Assembly: GCA_965649765.1 (NCBI GenBank)
Contig: OZ287758.1
Span: forward strand, 33,418,001 to 33,482,000
Direction: 5' to 3'
Origin: Bispira polyomma
Lineage: Eukaryota
Length of the DNA stretch: 64,000 nt
Shown here: piece by piece, positions 51,180 to 63,484 of the stretch
How positions within the stretch are numbered: position 1 is the stretch's first letter
Layout of the letters: every line of letters starts with the position of its first letter
Translations under genes and position numbers: made by a program
Notes under the pieces: generated by a model
Databases searched by the model: none
Told to the model about the DNA's origin: nothing
The model's input: the letters and a program-made list of their open reading frames with translations, nothing else

Positions 51180-52290
51180 GTTTAGTTAGTTTAGTTTTAA
51201 ATTGCTCACTTCCTATAAGCAAACATTGCACCCTTCAAAGGGACGTGGACTCCATGCATTAAGCCAGAGTCCTGCTCCATTCAGCCTTGACAAAAGAACA
51301 CTATTTGGTTTCATAAATTTCCATAAATGAACCCTTCCATATTTCTATTTTTCAGCCATTTCTGGAAAATATAGGACAATCTCGTTACATTTGAACTTTT
51401 AATTTCTCTTAGGAATTTTTTAACATCAATTTCTGGTCGCAGTGGTTTATTTGATATTAGTCCCCACTCCTCAGAAAAATCAATTTCTACTTTCAAGAAT
51501 ATGTGGGAGATTAGGCACGGCATTAGCACTCCACATTGTGGACATTTCTTGCCATTATTCGTCCATTCGCCTATATTTCCTAGTTTTAGTCTGGTGAAGT
51601 TTTTCTCTTCTAATGTTCCATCCACATTCAACGCTCTTACTTGCCATGATTCCTTTGGGTACAATTGAAGTGTGGTACTAGCTTCCTTATTCGGGCTCCA
51701 TTTTCGGTTCTCAAAATTTCTATGAGCTTGACATATAATTTTCTTGCATGCTTTGCTATCTACTTCGTCATCTGTTATTTGAAAATCTTGTAGTGCTTCC
51801 CTTAATTGATAAATCCATGAGGTATTTACTTCATTCATTATCAGAGAAGTGAGAACATTTTTAGTCCAGGATGTGCTGGGAGTCGCCTCTATCCTTCTCA
51901 TAAAATTTATCTTTGCCCTCCATATTTCCCCTTTAATTGATGGCCAACCCAGCTCTGCTCGTACCCATAAAGCCGATACAGATCTACATACCCCTAGGAT
52001 AAGGCACTCAACTTTATATTGAAGAGATTCCATATTTTGTAACCATTCCTTGTCATAGCATATTACCTCTCCAGCATACATCATTTTGGCTTAAGAACTT
52101 GAATCCATAATTTGTCTAAGAGTCTTACATCTCGCCTCAAACATTTTGATCTAAATCTAAAAGTGTTCCACAGATAGTTTATTTTCTTATAAGCCACTTT
52201 CTTTTGTTGTGAAAATAGTCTGCTATTGCAATGAGTGACCCTTAAATAATTAAACTGAGATACTGACTCCATTTTTAACAAGTTCTCGTT
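51180..52290 (-). mobile_element. 5'-truncated LINE, ORF2 C-terminal region (clade not determined)
   Basis: FNYL, LWIQVLKPK/MMYAGEV (frameshift), VRAELGWPSI, CPQC..HIFL knuckle remnant, (AAACT)n-like tail. Confidence 0.8.
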
Positions 52291-53642
52291 CATTGCCAAA
52301 TTCCCTCCTCCCCCTGTATCTGGTTCATACCCATTTGTCATAATTAACATAATAATGTTGATTATATATAAATGAAAACATGGCAATGGTTAAAATGTGA
52401 ATTTCTTTAAAGTAATATAAAGTATTCTCTATTTTATTCATAGTCTTGGTTTCACTGAAAATTGCGGACAAATTATTGTTTGTCAAAAAGTCGTTGTGTG
52501 GAAAAATCTTGTCAAAATTTTGTTATTTAGTATACATCATGTGCTTGGTGAGTGTAGGTGTTTTATTTCTGCAACATGTAGTATAGAAATGGAAGTAAAT
52601 GATTACAAGTATGTGTAAAACATATTTATAAACTACATATAAAGTCTGTCATTGTGTTTGACTGTCTTGTTTATTAATATATATAGTGTATTTGAAGTTA
52701 TGAATAAAGGAAATGGCAAATCTTGTATTGTTTTGAAAAAAAACTTGTGGATAACTTATTATTGCTCATAGAAGGGTTGTCAACAATTTGTCAAAAATTT
52801 TGGAAATACCAGTCAAATGACAAATTGTACCGCTGACAAACTTTTACTTTGTCAAAAATTTGTTGTTCAATTTGTTTCACTACCTCTTAGTCATTCAGTA
52901 ATACATGTTTGTTTAGTATTTCGACTTTGCAAATGTGTGCACCTTTTTATAATGGTGGTGGACATAGTTTCTGGATTTTAAAAATAATAGAACACAACAT
53001 ATGAATTTCCTGTTATGAAATTTTTTAATGATAACTAAATAATATTCATTGAATTTGTTGCAAATTAAAGTTTGTCAAACGTTTGTCAATGTATGAGTGA
53101 TTCCAGTCAGTCAGTCCACAGGGCTAGGCCCAGAGCGGGGCACCAACTGAGTTTGAAGATACAATAATGATAACACCAGCAAATAGCATTCATTGGGCAT
53201 TTATTAAAATGTCTACTCTAACATGTAATGTTAACGTATTAGTTTGTTACACATTTACTGTTCTACGCAAATACACAGGGGCGACCATTATTTTGAAGTT
53301 ATGATCACCCTAACAGTTTTAAGTTTACTTAATAAATTTACAAACTTAAAGTGACTTAATGTCACCTTAAATTAACCATTTTACTTTAATTAAAGTTATG
53401 TTAAGTTTAAACTTAAGTTAAACTTTTCTACATAGAGGTTGGGTGACTTAAGGTCACCTTAGTGAAAGGTTGAACACTGAGTTTAAGTTAATGTTAAGGT
53501 TACCTTAAACGGTTCAATATAGGGTTACCTTACAGTAAGCCTTTACAGTTAGAGTTTATACTATAACTTTAAATATGTAATATATCTTCATAAATATAAG
53601 GTTACATATAAATATAGAAAGCCCAAACGCCATACTGGAGAT

Positions 53643-54595
53643 TTACTGTTGTATTATATTTTGTAGAGATTTAGCTACAGTGGAGGAAGCATTGGGAGTG
53701 GACTGGAGATATGCCCACACTGCAGACGATCTCCAGCCCCCATGAGCCATAATGGCCTGTAATTGCACATCATTATCAAAAGCTAAAGTCGCACCTGAGC
53801 GATGGAAGGAATGAAACCCAAAAAACTGGGGATTTAAAGATAAAGACACAATTATTTCTCTTAGAACACGCCTGACTTTGTAAGCAGTTAGGGGAACCAA
53901 CTGCCTATTAATTCTACATGTAAATACTGGAGCCTCATTTTGAGCACCATTTTTTCTAAACATATACCTCAACGCTGCCACAGGGCACAATTCGGACTGA
54001 CCCAATTACTGGTTGTATTTCTGCAGGTTTTTAGCCCACCACAGTACCACATGAACACCGGGTGAGCCCCACACAAAATCCTGACATATGAGGTGTCTCT
54101 GAGGATTGAACTGAGTGATACTACAGGGGACTAGATTAGACAATCGGAAAAAACCGAAAAAAGCAGTGAGAAACAATGCTTTATACACATATGCATGGGG
54201 AAATGCAGAGGCATGTTGCACGATGGCAGCTAAGATTGGCAGAGTAATTATTCCTTTCAGTTTTGGTGAGTAAGGGGTGGACATAGCCAGAGACTTGAAG
54301 AAAAGTTTTATCTGTGGGTGAGAGAAATTTGTTACAGGAAGATTCCACAAATGAAAATGGTATTTGATAGCAGAAAGATAGTTTTGGATGGAGGGGGGTT
54401 TTAAACCCTGCTGAGCTAGATATTCCATGAATTGCAATAGCAAACAAAGGGAAGTAACCTCTGTGTCCCCCAGGAATATGGCAAAAGCCATGAATAATCT
54501 GATACAATTGGCATACACCTTTTTTGTTCTGAGAGTGACAGCACCTTCTAGTCTAGAGTGAGCTGCTTTGGTGAGGTAATTTCTAAGCTTTGAAC
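53643..54595 (-). pseudogene. Tyrosine recombinase of YR retrotransposon (one in-frame stop at 54006-54008)
   Basis: FFGFFRLSNL (R), WAKNLQ (K), CPV, FHSFHRSGAT (HxxR), HGGWRSSAVWAY (W, catalytic Y). Confidence 0.9.
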
Positions 54596-54609
54596 CTGAA
54601 AATGGGAAA

Positions 54610-55914
54610 TTATAATGTATTATTTAGGAGGAAAGCGTCAACGAATAATTCATGTACAGGTTCACTTTTAAGGTGCATTTCCACCACCCCATTAAATTTA
54701 CCTAAGAATTCGTTGAACCAATTCATGTCCGCCTTAAATTCCCTGGTGAGAACTATTTGTTTACTAGGGTAAGTTTCCCTAAGTAGCCTTAACATACGGT
54801 TGAGAAACAAACGAGCAGGGATGACGCATCTATGAATATAGAGTAGTTTGCCCAATATTGACTGCAACTCTCTTCTTTTACAGTTAGATCTTGATTGCCA
54901 CTGTTTGCACAATTTTTTAATATCCTCAAGTTTTTGTTCAGGAATTTTTAGGGTACCTTCTCTGGCATTAACCAATATTCCCATACACACGACTTCCTCT
55001 GCAGGAGGAAAAACTTTTTTGGGATTAATGGGCAAACCAAGATACTCAATCAAACTATATAATTCATCAAAAGAAGCTTTTGCTTTTTCATTGGTGTCTA
55101 CGGCAACCAGATCGTCAATGTAGTTCCAAATTTGGTATTGTTTACTACTCATAAGCTGACGTAAACTGTCCGTCATCCGCTCACATACAGCCATGCTGTG
55201 TTTGTATCCCATCATGACTGCGAGATCTATGTAAGTTTTTTCTCTCAAACGCAGACCCGTGTACTTATAATCACCTGGATCAATGTGCAGGTTACGGAAT
55301 GCCCGCGAGAGACCCAGCTTATACAATTTAGCAGTGGGACCAATTTCATTGATGCGCTCAACTAACATGTCCACTGTCGGGAGAGTGAGAACAAAGCTTT
55401 GACCATCATACATACCCTCAGTAACCACACTATTAACAGATGTTTTGTCATGAGGCCAAGAGAGGTCAACAATAAGTCGCCTTGTATTGTTATCTTTGGG
55501 TCTGGTCATTACAGGTGAGCAATGTAACTGCCTGTAAGGAATTTCACTAAATGGACCTGCAATTGCTTTATGGAGACTTTCAGTGACAAAGTATTGGTCT
55601 ACACTCTCAGGAAACTGTAATGCACTGTCACGATTTGTTACCTTACTATTAAAAACCAAGCTGTCAGATTTTATGTCCAAAGGAAATCCGAATTCCAAAT
55701 ACTCAGGCAAAAGGGTATCCCCATCCCCCTGCAATACCTGACGCCATGCACTTATGTTCAATTCAGAAGGGACAGGTATGCGCGCCGCCACGTAATTGGG
55801 ACACCCCAATACACTGACCCTTTCATGAGCTGCCACCGCCCATTGTTCTAAAGAATTGAAGTGTACACTATTCCTTTGGACTGGAATCCCCTCCACAGCT
55901 TTGTAAATACACAT
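54610..55914 (-). pseudogene. Reverse transcriptase ORF of YR retrotransposon, RNase H domain deleted in frame
   Basis: FGFPL, RRLIVDLSWP, LSRAFR, YIDD, LQSILGKLLYI; RNase H start LFVDA is fused directly to the terminal FLLNNTL*. Confidence 0.88.
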
Positions 55915-58900
55915 AAAACCAAAGTTTTCACTTGATTTGACACCTAGACCTTTAATTCTGTCTTTCTTCTATAAAGGCCTTTCTTTGGCAATTGCCTTAC
56001 TGATTGAAATGTCACTAAGGGGGTCGCTCTGATTGTTAGGTTTCCTAACACACATTTGATTTAACACCTTTGGGGTGTGACAAAGGGGTTCGCCCTGAAT
56101 TGGATTTGACTGACACAGGAGGGAAGAAACCCCCCAACACCCCCCCTCACAGGAGTTGCTTTTACATTTTGGTTCTTTCACACCTTTTTCTAACTTCTAT
56201 CACACTGTTTAGTTTCTATACATGTGGTGTCAACTTGTTTACCACCATACCTGCCACCTTGGTTAAGAGTGTTTTCATCAGTACATAATACATGGTTAAT
56301 GTTAAACATTTTTCGCGGGAAACCCGCTGTAAACAACTTTGTACACACCTTTTTCCCACCTTTACCACTGGGGGGGGGGGGGGAATCCCCTATTTCAATT
56401 CCCTTTAGAAAGGTTTTACCCCCATCCCCAAGGCTCCCGGCTTTTCTATTTACAGACTTCACACACCCTTTCACATTTCCCACACTGTTCCCCGTATACA
56501 CTTTCTGTACCTTTATACATTTATCACTAGTTTGTATTTCAGCCTTATTTACAACACTACTATTTACATCTCTAGGCCTTAACTTGTAGCCACTATTCCA
56601 AATGACCCTTGAAACCACTGGCTGTCAATGCTGAGAACTTTTTTGGAAATCTTTTACATAACCTGTGGCACTGCCACACTGAGTCTCCCTGTGGAGCTGA
56701 ATTTTCTTGTCCTTAGTGTAACACTTTGCACAAGCGTGTTTGAGAATTAAATTTCCAAAAACATGGTCATCACTTTGACTACAGGTACCTTTATTGTAAG
56801 CAGTACACATCACCACATTACCCTTACCCTTACTTTTTGGGTGATTGGAAGGGCCCTGTCAGTTGTCATTATGGTTACTGTCCTTGAGTATACGTTGTGT
56901 TAATCTAGCTCTGAGCTCATAAATTTCACTTAAGTTTTTCCAACTAACTTTACCCTTTTCCATCTCAAGATTTGGCAGTGAGCACTCTTGACTGTATACC
57001 ATGAGGTTTCTAGTGCGTCCCTCATTAACTGCATTCCATACCTTAACATGTTATCACGGATTTTCTCATTTTTCTCCTCATACACACACCCTAAATAGCC
57101 CTGAAACCACATCAAGGGGGTCAATTCATCGTAAGCTGGCTGTTTTTTACCCGCTACATTGTAGCACAACTCATGAGGCCAGTTAATTATGTGTTTGACA
57201 AGATACTCAGATGTCCTTTGTAAACCAGACTTAAGTTTCTTACCCTGTTCTGGTGAGCGATAGTACTGAGCCTTGTGACGTCTCAGCCTCTGGTCTACTA
57301 GTGCCTGGATCTGCTCGTTGGTCTTAAGGAAGGCCTTGCTTGGTAGGATCTCATCCTCTGAATCAGAGTCGTAAGCTCGCCTGGGTGATAGGGGGTCATA
57401 ATGAGGTTTAGGTTTACCTCGCCTCCTGCTGCTGGATTCTGCAGGTTATGCTTATAAAAACTAGGCACGTATATTAAAATGATGAAACTAAAATTATCAG
57501 AAAGAAATCTGAAATTTTGTAAACACGCTAAGCGTGGATGAAGAAAGATTATACGTCCCCTAGAAATAGACTTTTTCAAGTCAAAATAAGCATAAATTGC
57601 AGATCCTCTAAAAGCTCCTCTTTCAGCAAACACTTTTTGACAACTGAGATGGAGGGCCCCACTTGAAGTTTCCCACCCTTTTCTGACACTTGGACTCAAC
57701 CAAAGATGGCCCATTGTTGACCCTGCAGTGAAAAATGGGGGGTTAGGCTTAAATAATTAGGATGGGCCAGCCACTTCGGACTGACCTCAAGTGCTGCCGC
57801 CCCTTGTCCACGTTTGATTTGTTTTGATTTATCAATGTCTAATTTGTTAGTGCTTAATATTTGTCAACTGATGAAGTTGCTGCCATTTGCCATGGGTCTG
57901 TGCATCCACAAATATTTTAACAATCTTTTTAGAACAATAGAAGGGATGAGCTAGTCTGAAATTTTGCATAGAGATACCTAGTTTGATTGATTAAGAAAAT
58001 ACTTGGACATTCAGTTTTAAACTAACAAGTTTTGAAAATATCAAAAATTTTATTCAAATTCTCTTAATGTTGAATATCTCAATAACTATTGGGTTTTAAA
58101 AAGCATTTGGAGTTTTTCTACTTATCATCATGTCAAGTGTGGTGTCAATGTCAAGTTTCATCAATTATATTTGAAAACAATTTTTTTACTAAAGTGTGAC
58201 TGCTGTTTGATCGGTTTTAAGTCATCTAAAACTGATTCCAATGATAAAAAGATGACAATTTTATGACTATTTTTAATTTGTCCTGCATGGTGCCTAAAAC
58301 AATAAGTTTTTTAGATGACAATTTAAAAAATTGTTAAAAGTTTGTCAATTATTTATCAGTTATTTGTCTTATATTTGTTTCTGTTCACAAACTTGAGTTA
58401 AAAGATTTTAACTAATTTTTGACAAGAAATGATTTGTTGTTTTATGCACTATGCGGGACAAATTTGTTTTGGTCATATGTTAGTCAAATTAATTTTCAAT
58501 GCTGTAATATATATATGTTAGGATATTAATTTCCAATCTTTCAAAATACAATGGATGGTATTATGACCCCTCCCCATTGGAGTATATACTATATCGGAAT
58601 ATAACTGGAGCCAGAATGTACTTTGAATTTAACCCTGTGCAGTCAGTAATTTCTGAGTTATTAATAAATAATCACAATTTTTTTTGTGTACAAAACGCTG
58701 CAAAAAGGGCTTCTTTAAAAATTAAAATTAAAGTTAATATAGCCGTTGATTATAATTTTTTTGGTTATTACATTGTATTGTCAGTTATTAGAGAATATAT
58801 ATTTGACATTTAATAAATAAGTACAAAAAAGTCATTATATTCTTTTAATGGTATTAATGGTATACATATTTGATATCAAAATAAACGCCTGATAATTCTG

Positions 58901-60459
58901 ATCAAAAAGATTTTTTAATTGTGAAAATCACAAAATTCTTAAAAAAATAAGATTTGAAGTTTGTATGTTGATTCATACAAAGGTTGAAGGTTGGAACAGG
59001 AGCTGGATGTATTGAGCTACGGGCTTCTCTACAGGGTAGCAGGTTGCACTGGAGGTCATCTAGTTTCATGATTATACATGTAATGTGACAAAGTGAACTG
59101 GTATTTTCAACAATTTTAAATATAAAGTCCAAATTTAACTAACAATATATTCATCAGCATTTTATTTGACTTATCATTAGTGAAACCTATCACAAAAAAC
59201 CTGTGAAGAGCTTTCTGATGATACCAAAACGAAAAGTTTGGAGAAAGTATTCAGATAGATACAGCCATTTTTTTCGAAAGCATATTACACCCGAATCAAG
59301 TTAGCGCCCTGCCGCCCTTGTCTAGCCGCCTTGGTATTATGAACGCCCTTATACGTGACTTTTAGCAATCACCAATTGTAAATATACAGGGTTGGTACAA
59401 ATTCTAAATGTCAATTTTAACCATTTTAGCGAATAATTCATTGTTTTGATTTTCATAATATATGAATCTTAATTGTAGTAAAACTTTAATGACAAAGTTT
59501 ATTTTTGACAAGTTGTTTATGTTCCTGGCGTTACTATTTATGAGCGATAACAGGCAATATTTGAGTTTGTTTACGGTAGTGCACTATATCTTGTTTACAC
59601 ACTGTACCTCGGACTCCTTCTCGATGTTGGAATTTTGTGGCGATCGCCAATTCCACCCCCCCACCTCCCTCGGACTATCGCCAATCTTTTCACCTTTACA
59701 AAACATTTTGTTGTATGTGTACTGTAGAGACCGAGTTTTCTGTCGCCGAAACGGCCGTTTTTTTTTTATGATGTGGCCGTTGGCGACAGAGTTGTTTACT
59801 ATATTACTTACTTTCGGCGGCGTTCTTCGTCGGCGCGAAATTTGGTTTATATTCAAAATATGGTATATTAAGGACGCTAATTATCCTCGCGTAACCAGTT
59901 TTCGGGAGAGTTAGCAAAAAAACAGGCATTGCCGTTTACTTACCGTATCAAAAATCCACTGCAAATCCCCTCTTTAACATTTGTTTGTAAAAAAAACCAT
60001 GAGATCTGACATATTTTTATGATATTAACTCGTTATAAAGCAATAAAATGGCACATATACATTTTATAAGTAAACAAAACAGCATGACCTATTTTCGGGA
60101 ATGCACTATAGGTCACATGATGTTTTAGATCATACAAGGAAGAGTCTGAATAAGGGTGAAAAAGTGCCAGTAACTGAAAGTTAAGGTTGCACTGCAAATA
60201 AAATTCATTTACATACCCATAAAGAAAACAAGTAACAGTTAGTTTTATTTATTAAAAACACATACAGTTGATACAATTTTGTTGTACAATCTAATTTAAA
60301 ATGCAATATGTATGAACATTAGTAAATTGACAAGTTTTTAGCTTGGACTGCTTATTCTACCTGTGCTGTTGCTATATATACTATTCTGTTCAAAAATTGA
60401 GTTGTTAATTAAAGTTTATGAGATGTAACATTTAATATATATTATTCTTTCTGAAAACC

Positions 60460-63006
60460 TGTGTCAGGGTCACAGTGTGGTCAAAGAAACTTATCAGTTG
60501 ACAAAACTCGGAACAACTTTAGTGCAAAACTTTAAATGTGTCCAGTGGCCACATTGATCACACTTTGCCCACTTAACAATTGTAACTGATCTACCACGGT
60601 TTTTCTGAAAACCTGTCGGTGAAAATAATCTGCAAATACAATACAGATCATCACCCGACATGTCATCCTCTGTGTCACTACCATTTGACTGAACTGGAGA
60701 AGCAAGATTTATATGCGAGGGACCTGCTGTAGGAGACTTTTGTACACTATTTGGCTGATAAAGATTGGGTAGATTTGATGCAGCACAAGTTGATCGTTTA
60801 GTGGGTTGTACAGTTTTAGTTGAAGCAGACTTGTTCTCAAGTTTACGTTTCTTACCCTGAGTTTTACCTTTTCCACTGTACTGTTTAACATGATTATGAA
60901 CAGCAGTTGCAATGTTATCTTCCGTAATGCATTTGCCAGATGTGATTTTACTTAATGTGTTTCTAGATTTGATTTCTTTTGGGGGTACAGTAAGATTTTG
61001 TTCTAAGACTGAAATGAACTTATCTATGTCCTCACTGGGATGTTCGTTCTCCTTTAAATGCGAGTTGTCCTGAACTCTGAGGTCAGACTCAAATACTTTG
61101 TGAGGAATAATTTTACTCTTATCAAATGCCTCGCTATCAAAAGGAAATATTCCGGATTTTTTGAAAGAGGAAACCAGGTTAGACGGAGTGAGAGCTTTTC
61201 TGTAAGCACAACAAGCCAACATTGCAACCTCATATATGCTAATTATTTCACCAGGATTTGATCTAAGATATTTCTGCACTTCATTATTGTGGATTTTTTG
61301 TAATGGGCCAAAACATCCAATATCTAATGGTTACAATACCTGGCTTGTGTGTGGTGGCAAGACAAAAAGCATAATTTTATTTTCTTTTGCCCAATCAATT
61401 ATAGAAGGATGAGTGTGACTTCTGTGTCCATCATAAAGTACAAGTTTATACTCAGCCCCTCCTCCCTGTGCATAAGAAACAAAATGTTCAGCTAGGTATT
61501 TCCTAAAGATTTCAGTGTTTGACCAACCGCTAGGTGACATTGTTCCAGCTGTTCCAGGAGTTACATTTTGGAGTAGCTCTGACCTAAAAGAAAAATGTTT
61601 TTGATCAATATCAAAGAAATATTATTAGTCCAATATTGGTGGATATCAACAAACTACATAGTTATATTGGTCAGTTGAAGTATAAGCGGCCGCGGTAGCC
61701 TAGTGGTTAGCAAGCATTGCGCTTCACCATCACTGGTCTCTCACCTCTGGGCAGAGTCAGTTCGAATCCCGTCGATGCCTATGTGGGAAAGGTGGTAGTT
61801 CCTTAGTGTGGGCCGCTGGTTCCAGTGCAGAACCTTGATCAACTGTATGCAGTGTTTCCTCCAGCGGTTCCAACTACCCATCCCAATATAACGTAAACAG
61901 GTACTAGAGTGGACGTTAAATATCCAAATTCAATTCAGTTGAAGTATAAATGCTTGTTAAAAAATTGTCATTGTTTTGCAGAAGCTTGCATAAAATAAAT
62001 AAACAAGTTAATATAATCAAACAATAACTAGGTCAATCATAAAAACCTCATTCGTTTCCCTGGAAAAACAAAGTAGGGGGGTAATGCGGTGCCAATCGCA
62101 TTTCCATATCCGATGATGGTCACCGTCACATGAGGTGAAGTAATGGCTTGAGGAGTTGTTATTTCACGGCCAGATACAACATATGGTGGTGAGTGTTCTG
62201 CGGAAATTCCCTTTTCGTCAATGTTATAAATATTTTCTGGAAAATCATGGAGATTGTACTTGGTCATCACTGAGTTTAGTTCTTCATAATATGTCTTTAT
62301 GACAGTTGGGTTGGCGCCTTTTGCTCTTGCAACTGACAGACCACTTGGTTTAGTAACTTTTAATGAGGCCCACCTTTTCATTAAACCATAAAACCATTTA
62401 GTAGAAAGTGGTTTCTTTATTTCATTTACTGTTTCACCAAAATCAGTGGCTGTATCAATGACTTGTTGCCTTGTGTATCCATAACCAATAGAAGCTAGGT
62501 ATTTTATATGTTCGACAAGCTTTGCTTCCTCATACTGATCAAACAATGGCTTGGGGCCTGATTTAATACAGTCAATATGAATATGCCCATCCACCCTATC
62601 CCCGAGTGTAGAATCCGGCACACCATAAATCTTAGAAGCCTTTGCCACACTTAACTTATCCTCAAGGACAGATTTATATGCACACTGAAGTTTAGTAGGA
62701 CTATATTGGCGATATCCATCAGTAAGTTTCTTTTGTGGTTGACCCTAAAAAAAAAAAAGGCACTTAGCAACCTGTTATTAGGACCCCTCCTTTATAAAAA
62801 AATTGGCGAGTGCAAAACTCCCAATGACCTACTTTCAGTGAAAGACAATGTTTTGACACAAGCAAACGACACAAGTTAGGATTAAAAACATTAGTTATAT
62901 TACAGTTACAGAGCTAGAACTACACATGGAAATTGGTAATAAGTCTATGCACATTTATTAACACCATAATATAAAAAATAATAATAAATACCTGTTTTTC
63001 ACGCAT
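60460..63006 (-). pseudogene. pogo transposase (HTH-psq, CENP-B-type HTH, DDD domain, C-terminal PHD finger), 3 exons, inactivated
   Basis: Exons 62992-63006, 62047-62744, 61583-~60460; NIDEKG, LYDGH, LPPHTSQVL*PLD (nonsense at 61331-61333; 35 residues between the 2nd and 3rd Asp); CIC..WAKCDQCGHWTHLKFC with a frameshift before the final C..C. Confidence 0.9.
61686..61934 (+). mobile_element. tRNA-derived SINE (Meta/MESC-like), full length, in transposase intron 2
   Basis: A box TAGCCTAGTGG, B box GTTCGAATCC, GTTTCCTCC core, AATTC tail; 15-bp TSD TCAGTTGAAGTATAA (61671-61685, 61935-61949). Confidence 0.92.
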
Positions 63007-63484
63007 TTTTGTCCAAATTGTTTGGTGTTATTGTTAACTTTACGGCTGTGATTGTAAACAAAGCACCGGAAAATCACGACCTATTTTTACCAAGCTAGTA
63101 TGTGACGTTTTAGGAAATTCCCGAAAATAGGTATTTCCCGAAAACTGGTTACGCGACGATACATCATCTGTGTATAATTTATTATTAAAAATAAGTATAC
63201 ACACTCAGAAGACATTTATTCTGCAAGTTGGAGCCAGTGGATGATTTATTTTGGACAGTTAAGGAGGTACCCTTATTATCGCCCACCTTCGAGGATTGAC
63301 AAGGATCTCTGCCAGGTACAGAATAGTGCAAATAGCCATTAATTAAGCACTAGTTAAGCTCACACAATCCACATAATGGTGTTTTTACTAAAAACCCATT
63401 GTACATGTGCAGCCCCACAGCCCATCATTACCGTGTTCATTGATTGTTAATTTTCCTGATAGTATCCATCTGAATCAAGCTACC

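Larger units (their letters stand above)
53114..57811 (-). mobile_element. Tyrosine-recombinase retrotransposon (DIRS/Ngaro-like), near full length, defective
   Basis: Order: gag-like (57300-56625, Cys/His finger CTAYNKGTC..H..HACAKC..H...C), RT (55914-54610, RRLIVDLS, YIDD), YR (54595-53643), AT-rich 3' region with AATAAA. Inserted into a TTTGTCAA-rich repeat present on both flanks. Ends are approximate. Confidence 0.9.
59884..63159 (-). mobile_element. Full-length pogo-superfamily (DD35D, Fot/Tigger-like) DNA transposon
   Basis: 24-bp TIRs TC(C/G)TCGCGTAACCAGTTTTCGGGA (59884-59907 and 63136-63159, 23/24 identical), TA on both flanks, subterminal ACCTATTTTCGGGAA copies, internal transposase. 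Confidence 0.93.

Noticed and set aside
53643-54595. Phage integrase, prophage or bacterial contamination
   Set aside because: The YR sits downstream of gag and RT in retrotransposon order within intron-rich animal DNA.
59462-59914. 150-aa and 90-aa overlapping ORFs beside the pogo TIR
   Set aside because: No motifs; they lie in repeat-like sequence and one crosses the transposon boundary.
61686-61770. tRNA gene
   Set aside because: A/B boxes are followed by a SINE body and tail and bounded by a TSD; no complete cloverleaf.
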